Shown piece by piece: positions 1 through 10,265 of a DNA stretch of 64,000 nt (positions within the stretch are counted from its first letter, which is position 1; each line of letters opens with the position of its first letter). Under the pieces are notes generated by a model. It did not search any database. It was not told where the DNA came from and saw only the letters and a program-made list of their open reading frames with translations. Source of the stretch: Marsupella aquatica (Eukaryota > Plantae > Marchantiophyta); contig OZ316897.1 of the NCBI GenBank assembly GCA_973895155.1, forward strand, positions 20,401,224 to 20,465,223, in the 5' to 3' direction. The translations under genes and the position numbers were made by a program.

Positions 1-2809
1 TCTATGCGGATGCAACTGTAGCATGGACAAAGGGTCTCTTCCTTCCACTTAATATAGTCAATTCTTGCAAATTTTGTGAAAGCCCACTTCTGCCGTGACA
101 TGTTGTGAGAGTGAGAGAGGGGTTACGCTACAATCATATGTGGCACTAGTATAAGCCCCGACTTTATTCTGAAGACTTTAGTGAATAGACACATGATTGG
201 AGCAAGAATGTGGGCGCAACACGTGATTACCTCATGCATGCATTGACTCAGCTTCGCATGATCGTAGCTCCCTCCTAGGTTGCAGGACCAGCTCTCGGTC
301 CAGTTGTAAAGCAATAGCTTGTCTTGGCTCCTGGTTGCAAGTCGCAACCCAAGCTCTTGCTAGCAGCGCCCTGTCGCTGTTCAACGACAGTTCAGCTCAA
401 GTAAGCACGCTTGATCTCTATCATTGAGATCAGTTCAGCTTAAATAACTTGCAGGAGTCAATAAGCAGGAGTCAGGGCCACTATCATTTTTAGACATCGC
501 AACTCAAACAGCTCATCAGTGACCGCAACTCAAAGGCCGATGCCTCAGTGACTTTTGTAATTCATAAAAGCTTCTCTTCAATGACCACTTCTACGACGGG
601 AGATATGAACACCGAAAACCCAGCTGAAATGGAAAAAAGGGGGGAACGGCACCAGATAGTCCTCGACCTCTTTGAGAGCGCTCGTGATGGCCACTCCCTA
701 GGTGGAATCTGTCTGCTTTGATGTGAGAGCAGCACCGCAAATCGTAGCTGAAACCGCGGCCATCTTCAACAACAACAAATAGCGGCTGCAACGAAATGAG
801 AACTCAGCAAATGTCGCAAATGTTGCCCTGCTCTGCTCTGCTCCGAATGTTGTTCTTGGTGACACACCAAAGCCTCGTCGCTTTGCTGATTCTCTTGCCT
901 AAACCTCAGCCCAAGCAAGCACATTCGGTGGGCAATTTCTGTTGGAATGAGTGCCTCCCGCAGTGCAAACTCTTCACAGTGCCTTCCGTAGTGCCTATCG
1001 TCAATGCGACATAGAATTGCTCTTGTCCCCTTCCAATACATTATGTTTCGTCGATGCAGCACCCTAAACTCGCTCTTCTCGCGTCCTACTACTCACTTTG
1101 CAGTCGGGATTGCAATTTGTTGATGCAGCTTTTGCCTTAGTGACAAAGTGCCCCCTCTTTTCCCTTGCAAAGAATGCAGCATCGGCTCCTCGTCCGCGAA
1201 ACCAAAGGAATCCAAGGCAGAATGGCAATGCCGTGAAGGAACACATTAAACCCTAAAGCTGCTTTAATGTGCGCATATTTGTTTTCAACCGTCAGATCAT
1301 CCTTTCATTAAGTTTACAACCGTCAGATCCTTGCTTGATTAAGGTAAGCACTGTCACACGAGCTGTCACAAGTTCTTATGCTCATTCCATCAGCATAGTG
1401 TGTGGGGTGCCGTTATTGGGTATGTAACATGCATGGAGGGGAGTATATGAAGGTAAATTGTGACTATTCCCGGTTCATGGAACGATGTGTGGAGGGGGGT
1501 ACATGTTGGTTAATTTGTAGGGCATGGAAATAAGTAAAAATAACCTGCCCTTGCATATGTAACCACGGTAATACACATTAACGTCCCTTGCATATGTAAC
1601 CACGGCCAATAGTGAAGCCTTTTTGCGGTTGAATGGGGGCATGATGGCATGGTGTCTAAATTAATGGGTGCTTATGAGCAATTTTCTTGGCCTGGAATAA
1701 TCATGGAAAACTCACTAATGGTTAAAATGCATGACTTAACCATGTTTAAATAGAGTAATCTAATTATATAGGTATATCTACACTAACAATGTATTGGGTC
1801 GGATCCCATAGCTCAGGGTTTAGGTTGGTAGGTTCAAATATTGTGCTGTAAACCATAATGCTGTATTGTAGAGTCACTTGTTGAACTTCAACATAATTGC
1901 CTCAATTGAGTTGTACTTGCAACTTTCCAAATAGTTGAAAACATGACTCCCCTAAACTTCACCAAAAATCAGTCAACAAGGTGTGTGTAATTAGGTGATT
2001 ATTCTAAAAAAAAGAGTTAAAGTATCAAAACCATAAATTTTTAAATTTGTAAGTTTTTATAAGGCCCTTTAAGCAAAATTAAGTTAGTATAAGCTCAAAT
2101 GGGTAAGGATACCATTGGAAGGCGTCAAGGCCACCCTAGTTTTCACATATTAGACGTCAAGACGGTAAGAAGTTGAAAGGAGCTTGAAAAATGAGGTGAC
2201 GGCCTCCTCACGAAGACGGCGAAGATGGCGCCGGCTTGGACGGCTTCTACACAGGGACGGCCGGGACGGCACCCATTTTTTGCCAAGGACGGCCGACTCC
2301 TTCCGCGCCGGCCCACGTGAAAACTTGAGGACATCTTGGACGGCCTCCACGTAGGGACGTCCGGGACGTCCACCCCGCCATGACCTAATGTGACGTCCGC
2401 GCCGGCCCAAACCTTTTTCTCCATTTTTCTTTGAGGGACGTCCATGGCGGCCGGCAGTAGGGCGCGAGCTTCGACCCTTAGTGCTCACTTGTTAGACCAC
2501 CATTCGAGCTCGTTTCAATTGCTATAGCAGCGCAATTGCCTAGAGAATGTTCACCCCGATTATGAACTGCCATTGATGAGACGTTGAGGAGTATTGGATC
2601 ATCGATGCTCTTTGATTTCTTGGAATTGAAGAAATTTCAATTTTGAGAGCTTCGCCTGATCAGAGCTCCTTCATTTCTATCTCTTTCCAGTTCATTTCTT
2701 CTCCCACAGCAGCACAGCTACCTTAGATCCCTAAGATTTCATTCTTGAACCTCAATGCTTAACCGTTTTTAGGAGGAGAGCTCTCGAGCCTTCTCAGATT
2801 TTCTGAGCT

Positions 2810-4673
2810 ATGGCCACCAGGAGCTTACCAATTAGTAAGGCCATTAGGGTGACCTTACCCCCAGGTCCTAAGGCTTACTTTAGACTCCTTAGTAACCTGG
2901 TAGAGATGGGCTTGAGTTCCTTACTTTTTCTTCCTTGGGATATGGTGCATGGGTCCATCATTGCCGATTTTCTTCGTCCATCCCGAGCTGGCGCTTTTCG
3001 GAGTTCTACTAGAGGTTCAGCTAATGTGTGTACCACCGTCGTTGTTTCTGAGGTGTACCAATTGAACCAGGAAGGAGAGAGACTGATCTCTGTTGGGGAG
3101 GACTTGACTGTCCCCTACTTTAGAGGTACCAGGGACCGGAGGTCTGGTTGGAAGATTGATCAGTGTAGGAACCGGGAGTTAGCTCATCTACTCCGATTCC
3201 TTGTACCTATCTTTCATCCGACCAAACCCACCAGGGCTATGGTTTACTTGACCAGCTCTATCATCGTATCATGGACCGGCAGGAGGAGGATCAACTGGGC
3301 CCTAGCTCTTTTGGAGGTGATCGCCAAGCAGGTGGCTATCCTGTCTACTACCAGTGATACATATCTGACACCCTACTTGGCGCACATTACTTTTCGAGAG
3401 GCTGCTTGTTACTAGTGGAGCTGAGCGATTGGAGGAGGAGAGCGAGACACTTTGAGCTCCCCCAGCCAGAGTTAGCGAGAGATTTGACTCCACCGCCTAC
3501 GACATCTCCGAGACCCCCTCCAGTGGAGCAGACGTCAGCACCAGATCTACCAGGGATGACTTCTCCCTCTTTTGTTGCTTCCACTTCTTACACATCATGG
3601 ACTGATTTTGTTGGTGATGCTGAGCGACTAGCTAGTGTGGCTGGTTTCAACCAGCATTTGGTAGATGAGGCCACTAGACTCTTGAGTTGTACCCCTCTAC
3701 AGTTACTTGACTGTATTCGTGCTTTGCTTTCTGAGTCTCGTACCGCCCCACCCCCTCATGTCTCACCCCCTGCACCTTCACCACAGCCTGATCACCCTAT
3801 GGATGTGGATGAGCTGGAGGTACCTATCGCTGATCCTTCACCACCTCCTCCATCCTCACCTACACCCCCTCTACCTGATCCCATTCCTTCCCCTATTATC
3901 GATTCCCCTATCCCTCCTACATTTTCACCTGAGCATCCTCCATCTCCTACCCCTGAGCCTTTACCCCTTTCACCAGTATCCCCTCCAATCCATTTTCCTC
4001 CATTGAGGATACCACCCTATCACCCCTTGATGATTCATTTCCCTCTCCTACCAAGGAAGGAGATGAACCCATTCATGAGCCTATTCCCGAGACTAAGCCT
4101 GAGCCTGAGACTGTAGAGCCTCCCAGTGTACCATTTATAGCTCCTACTCCTTTGATGTCTCAGCCTCCTATTGTCTCTTCTGTTGCCGATATTGAGCCTC
4201 TTTTTGTCTTTCCCGCCCAGTTTGATAGGATGATTACGTCACTCATCGATGCACGCACTCCTCTTGCACCTCCTTTACCTCCACTTATGTTTGGTCGTGA
4301 GTCTTTTCCTTTTCCACACACCTACGACATGGTTCCGATTTCTCATGGTATTCTATGGCTACCTATCGACAAGTTGAGACTACCCACGATTGAGACTCCT
4401 GACCTTTGGAGTTGGGTTTATCACTGTAGAAAGGTCATAGCACCTTTCCCTCTTCTAGCTCCAGACATTCCATGGCCATCAGATTACTTTGTTTGGATCG
4501 GACCGGATGGACATCCCATCCGAAAGACCAGTGAGCCCCGTTTGATTCGTTATCGTGAGGATCTTTTCCATCGACAGTATTTGAAGGGACAAAGGACCAA
4601 AGGGAAGATAGCCCTTGGTTATGTAGCTCGCCTCCCTCTACTTGTAGTTGACCCTCCTCCTATTACAGTATGA
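2810..4673 (+). pseudogene. Frameshifted transposon-associated ORF of unknown function (ORF pieces 2810-3415, 3406-4116 Pro-rich, 4152-4673)
   Basis: Three consecutive or overlapping plus-strand ORFs with no obvious introns. The segment LRFLVPIFHPTKPTR...INWA...YLTPYLAHI resembles, from memory, repetitive TE-borne hypothetical proteins of bryophytes. It lies among TE fragments, downstream of a GC-rich GGACG(T/G)CC repeat tract (2220-2450). Confidence 0.4.
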
Positions 4674-5759
4674 GATTAGTATTTTATTTATAGATTTTTA
4701 CTTAGCTTTGACTATTTGACTATCCCTTAGTCAAAGTTGACTTTTACTTTACTTAGTTTAGACTTAGGAAATGAAGAGGCATGTCTCTTCATTCTCCTTA
4801 GCCCGTGGGCGATCTCATGTACTTATTGTGATACCAGTCTCATTTTGAGACAGTGTGGATAGTTATTTGCATCTCCTCATCTTGGAGTTTTGTCCCTTGT
4901 ACGTGTAATGCAATTTTGCAAGGAAGATTTGTATGCCTTGGAATTTGATTACTTGTGCTAGGAGTCTACCCCTCCTTCGTATGGTAATACATGTTGCAAT
5001 TACCGTAAGAAGTAAAACCCATAAAAATACAGTTTGTGGAATGTATTAGAAGATCCGTTGGTCGGTGCCTAATTCAAACTACAACATTTGTTGTCCATTT
5101 CTGTATTTACATGAAGGACTTATCTTTGGAAGATAAGTATTGCATGAAATCAAGAAAAGAGAAATCTATATGTTAAGAAGTAGCGACATTCTTAATTCAC
5201 GGATTTGAAGTACCATTGTGGTATACTGAATGTGCATTAGTTTTTCTTTGGAATTGCGCATCGCTGAAGAAGGAAACATGTTGCCGGCATTTTAATGACA
5301 CACTACTATACACACAATCCGAAACTTATATTGGGTTTTGTGAGCATAGACACTTCTTAAACTTAGATTTATGATAGAAAACTAGAGAGCAGTTATGGCA
5401 AGGTTATGTTTGACTTATCAATGTCTCAAATAATGCCATAGCTCTTTCTTAAGACATGGTGATGGAGTTAAACATTACTAAACTATACCTCTAAAAGCTC
5501 TAAGATTCTATTATTCAGCAAATGTCACTTTTGTTCTTATTTTGTTAATTGACTGTGTTTTGTTTAAGATTCTATTTTTCTTATAGATGTTGAGTACCAT
5601 GTCTAAACCACTCAAAACACTTTAAAACATCTTTTCATCCCATTCTTGTTCTTCCACGGGAACGAACACCGAGTTTTTAGCATATATTCGATGATATTTG
5701 CTTTTGTTAGCATACGACAGTGTGACGAACATGACACCCTAAACCTTGGAGTCACTTAT

Positions 5760-5822
5760 TTCTGAAGGTCTCGCACAAGTCATGTAAGGGAAGGTCTCAG
5801 AATAGCTCAGTTTCTTCTAGTG
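5760..5822. mobile_element. Right terminus of a CACTA (En/Spm) DNA transposon inserted in a Copia RNase H
   Basis: 5811-5822 TTTCTTCTAGTG is the reverse complement of CACTAGAAGAAA, a CACTA-type TIR. Subterminal repeat AAGGTCTC at 5765 and 5791. Copia coding sequence starts abruptly at 5823. No left TIR found in the window. Confidence 0.65.
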
Positions 5823-6759
5823 CTTGGAGGTGGATGCATAAGTTGGAGGTCTACTTTGCAGAAGTGTATTGCTCAGTCTACTACAGAAGCGGAGTATGTT
5901 GCAGCAGCAGAAGCAGCAAAGGAAGCGATTTGGTTGGATAGACTTATCACTGAGATGGGATTGTCATAGGGGAATGTGATGCTCCATTGTGATAGTCAGA
6001 GTGCACTCCACCTTGCTGTGATCCAGGTGATGGACAGCAGAGTGAAGCACATTGACGTCAGGTACCATTTTATCAGGCAGGCTGTGTTTGATAATATGTT
6101 TGAGCTAGTCAAGATTGACGGTAAACTCAACCCGGCTGACGCTTTTACCAAAGTGATTCCTTTGGAGAGTTTTTCTAGACACCGTGATGCGTTGCAGGTT
6201 TTGCAATTGCTTCACAAGCAGGGTTACTTAACATTTGTGTAGATACTGAGATATGTTCTTGCTCATTCCTTGTATAGGCTACGGCTTAGTTCTGGTCTAC
6301 TCTCGTATAAAGAGGGAAAAACTAGTTTGGTTTTTCTTTCCAGAACTTCCCACTGAGCAGTCATATTGGTACCAGTCTTTACCCTCCCCTAGACCAGAGT
6401 CAAGGGGGAGATTGTTAGGATTTACTCTTAGGTCTAGAGTTACAAATGTACCACAATTAAGGCTAACCTTAGTCGCAGACTTGGTTAGGTTAGTCATGCT
6501 GTGCACACTCTATAACCAAGCGGTGTTTGTTTGGAGAGGGGGAACTCAGGCTCATTGTTACGGAGCTAGTTGAGAGATAGAGAGAGCTTGCGCTGTGGAT
6601 GCTTGGTATGGCCGGTCGGCCTAGAGTGCAGTAAAGCTCATGTGTGTTCCCGTGGATGTAGCCTCATGTGGAGGTGAACCACGTACATCTCTCTGTGTTG
6701 ACTCTTGTGCGTTGGATGGTTCATGGGCTTGTCGTTGCGATTGTCGTCTATGCTCAACA
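5823..6759 (+). mobile_element. 3' part of a Ty1/Copia LTR retrotransposon: RNase H, PPT and 3' LTR
   Basis: In frame from 5823: LGGGCISWRSTLQKCIAQSTTEAEYVAAAEAAKEAIWL..*..LHCDSQSA..RVKHIDVRYHFIR..NPADAFTK (Copia RNase H, one stop). PPT AAGGGGGAG at 6402-6410. LTR TGTTAGG (6413) to CTCAACA (6759), about 347 bp. Confidence 0.9.
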
Positions 6760-6879
6760 AATGCCTAAGCCCTTTGTCATGCTGCAATTGACACCCATTG
6801 CCAAAAGAAACCATTGAGGACCAAAACTCGTGGATAAGGCCTCTACTCCACAGAAAAAATGTACAAGCCTAAAGGAAAT

Positions 6880-7300
6880 GGTCAATGGATAGGGTAAAGA
6901 GCCTCAAAGATCTCCAAAACTAGTGAGTAAAAACAATTGTCAGGGTAACAAGTAGCATATGCCTCCACTTTCAGCCAAGCGGCTTTGGTTGCAACATGGC
7001 CCAATACATGGGCAGCAATTGTAATGTTGTTCCTGCCAGTAGGATCTAGCTTCATTAATGAACATATCCCCAAGGGCATGACTCCTACCCTGGAAAAGAC
7101 CAGATCAGCCCGTGGCCCATCACAAACACCATTTTGGAATGGAAGCATATGTAGCTAGTAGCAACTACATTGTGACATGGTATCCTGAGTCCCTAACAAT
7201 GGCTGCCACCACATCACACATGTCATCCATGATGTGCAATGTGCAGGGGGAGGGCGTCATGAGGTGTGATGTCATAAAAATTCAGTGCAGCCAAAGGGGT
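6880..7300 (-). mobile_element. Degenerate restriction-like endonuclease (RLE) domain of a CRE/R2-type non-LTR retrotransposon
   Basis: Minus strand reads DDMCDVVAAIVRDSGYHV, then RADLVF...DPT...AA..K..Y...D.FYSLVLEIF, the R-x-D..D..K..Y..F.P...E..G pattern of RLE non-LTR elements. Confidence 0.6.
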
Positions 7301-7499
7301 AGGAGAGATTTAGTACAAAGGTGGAAATAAAGGAGATGAACTACTTTCTAGCAATGCAATGACCTATCAAATATGAGATTTCTGTTTGCTAATCAATTAT
7401 TCACGTGGGTCTTAGTGTATCCTGCAAGTGCACATTGTCGTCCTGGCAAGGCTTTAGCTTCACATATTTGGGTTGTCTCGACCATGTCTTTTGAAATGC

Positions 7500-8050
7500 T
7501 TGCCCTGCTGCTGATGGTGTGATGGGCACCTTGACCTGTGTTTGCTGCCCTGGGGAATTGTTCTACCCTTTTGCTCTTGAACTTTTTGGTACCCTGCACC
7601 CTACCTTTGACCAGTTCCTTAGGGCTTGTTTGGTCTTTTGTATTGAGCTAGCGGAGGCCTTATCCCCCTGTCCGGTGTACTCACCGTCTTCTGTAGACAG
7701 AGGATCTCCATGGCACTTCGATCAGAGGACTCAGGCATTCACTATTTTTTGTAGAGCCAAGGCAGTTGGTTTTAGGGCCTCGAGGCAGATTCCACTTCAT
7801 GACCTCGCTATGCGGTTTACTCCAGATCTTTACCAGGCTTTTTGGTTCTCTGCCCAGTAGAATGTTAGTCTTCTAGGCCACTTTGTAGTATGGTTGGTTG
7901 GTTGTTTCCTCTTGGTTTTGGGGGACCCCTTGGCTTGTTTGACGTCTTCGGTCTTCTCGGGGTTTTTTCCTCTCCTTTTCCCCTTTATTGGGTTGCTTTG
8001 TATTTGGGACCGTGTCTCCTGGTCTGGCATTTTTGTTTGTTTGGCGTAGG
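7500..8050 (+). mobile_element. 3' end and 3' UTR of a second RLE/CRE-type non-LTR retroelement
   Basis: FYPFALELFGTLHPTFDQFL and, across a frameshift, RQRISMAL/RTQAFTIFCRAKA, followed by a T/G-rich tail homologous to 29980-30130 (minus) and 63800-64000. Confidence 0.6.
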
Positions 8051-8420
8051 GAACCCATATCAGGGTGAGCCCCCATGGATCCAAAAGGGACCTCACCAGG
8101 AGGGAGAGAGGATTAAAGGAGGGCCACAAAGTGGACAACCAGGGGCCAAGTAGATAATCAGAAGTCACTCCCCACCCCAATAGTGAAATTTTCTTTGTAG
8201 AGAACCCATATCAGGGTGAGCCCCCATGGATCCAAAAGGGACCTCACCAGGAGGGAGAGAGGATTAAAGGAGGGCCACAAAGTGGACAACCAGGGGCCAA
8301 GTAGATAATCAGAAGTCACTCCCCACCCCAATAGTGAAATTTTCTTTGTAGAGAACCCATATCAGGGTGAGCCCCCATGGATCCGACAAGGACCCACACC
8401 AGGAGGGAGAGAGTATTAAA
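8051..8420. repeat. 151-bp tandem repeat, about 2.5 copies
   Basis: Unit GAACCCATATCAGGGTGAGCCCCCATGGATCC... starts at 8051, 8202 and 8353; the first two copies look identical. A second short duplication (GCTGAGTAGATAATCAAAACTCTTATCCACTACCCGCAAAA) occurs at about 8426 and 8485. Confidence 0.95.
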
Positions 8421-8559
8421 GCAGGGCTGAGTAGATAATCAAAACTCTTATCCACTACCCGCAAAAACATACCCTCCACACCCTGCTGAGTAGATAATCA
8501 AAACTCTTATCCACTACCCGCAAAACCCATCCCACCCACACAAACATACCCTCCACACC

Positions 8560-8635
8560 CCCTAGTATTGAGGGGATTGAACCTGGGACCTTTCACTTCC
8601 AGGCTCATCCCTTAGCCTAAGCCAGTTGGTTACCT
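8560..8635 (-). mobile_element. tRNA-derived SINE-like head
   Basis: Minus strand has an A-box-like TGGCTTAGGCTAAGG (8624-8610) and a B-box GGTTCAATCCC (about 8583-8573). No full cloverleaf. Confidence 0.5.
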
Positions 8636-10265
8636 TGCAAGTTCTTAATTAAAAATAAAGCAAGCTTCCAATTTAATGAGAACCTTCCTACTTGTTTGTG
8701 AAGGTTCTTAATTCCTTTCACAGTAAACTAGCTCCGAGATAAAAATCTGTCAGTGTGCGAAGATATTGAACTAATCAAAGAAATTCTGGACAATTCCAAA
8801 GATTCCACATACTTTTGCAGAAGTTCAGATTGACGGAGAGGCTCTACCGTCGGACGAAACTTTTCAATGAATGACGTCAGATGATGGATTAAATTGTTTT
8901 TTTCGGGACCAGTACTCTTCCGTCTTCGTTCACCAGACGACTTTTGTTGTAGAAAACGTGGTCGAGACGTCAAGGATTTTACACTTGGTCACTGGAACAC
9001 ATTTGTTGTAGGAAAATTCGTCGATAGCTCTTGAAAACGATCATACACCGTGCTGGCCTTCGTCCTGCCTTGATTAGACAGATCCACGTACCTAATGGGT
9101 GAGGCTGCCCTTTGCTTTGACATCATTCCGACGCAGAGGATATTTGGCTTCTGAGCCAGTGAGGGTGTATGTCCTCCGCGTTCAGTTGGTGTTATCATTG
9201 GCTGAGGAAAGTGAGTGTGGAGGGGGAATCAAGCTAGCAGCAATAGATACTCGTTTAATGGTTTATATTGTAGTTTCGGTTTTGCTGCGACGGAAAGAGG
9301 GATGTGTTAGTTGATGCGTTTTTCCGTAGCTTTTCTTGTCCTGTGTGAGAATGCCCAAATTCCAAATGCTTCTTTTGTTTCATTTAGTCACCATCATCTT
9401 AACGCGCTGCAGGTAATAACAATCCTACCGGACTTCTCGGCAGTCCCCTATCAGAATCTGCTAGAAAACTGTGAGGTCCAGGATTTGATGAAGCTTGGTG
9501 TCCAATTCTCCACTCGAAACCTGCTGTGGGTCTGGTTCTTCATCTAATCCAACCTGTGCATCTGACTGGTGATAGCTCGTCTCGTTGGTGCGGGTAGATC
9601 TGTACTCTTCAAAGTTGGATTGTGGACTAGGATGTCGTTTTAGAGTTCCGGACGCCTCTTACCCCCTCTAGCTCTGAGTGGTGTCTCTCACTTTTGTATA
9701 ATGGCGAAACTAGGTCATGCGCTAGCTTATTCTGGGCTGCCTTACAAGAAATTATAGATAGGCTAGTTTTGGAATCGTAGCTTATACTTCTTGGACCGAT
9801 TGGGTGCACTTCTTTGCTAATTATCTACGCGAACACAGGCTTGGTGCCTTGAAGAATTGTGTCCCAATTACGTTCTTTAATAGACTGTGCTTACCTTTTA
9901 CTTCCTGCGGGTTTGTTGACCATAACTTGCACTTTAAAAAATCATCCGCAGGTTTGATCGATAAAACTAGTATCCATTTTCTACTTCCTGGGGAAGAAGT
10001 GCGTCATTGCAAACTTCAGGGCTGCCAAATCTGCGACTTCTAAGCAGATCGGGGCAACACGTCGACGCATCAAAAAGAGCTATAGTGACCGTGCTGCAAC
10101 CCCGGACCATTCTGTTTTCATCCAGCAGCAGGCGCTCCACAATTACATGTGCTGAATGTCTGTAGTCATTCCAGTGACTTGTGCAGCTTTCCACTAGTCA
10201 CTGAAGTAGTTGTGGAGCTTGGTGGAGGATTTTAGAGTTTTCTTCAACTTTTGCGCCCTATCGCC

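Noticed and set aside
4829-4836. Reverse-strand tRNA-Met primer binding site (TGATACCA)
   Set aside because: Only 8 nt of the expected GCTCTGATACCA, with no adjacent recognisable LTR end.
5811-5822. Helitron 3' end (CTAG followed by T)
   Set aside because: No clear subterminal GC-rich hairpin. The 12-bp CACTAGAAGAAA match and subterminal repeats fit CACTA better.
8560-8635. tRNA gene
   Set aside because: A/B-box-like motifs are present but there is no acceptor stem or cloverleaf; treated as a SINE head.
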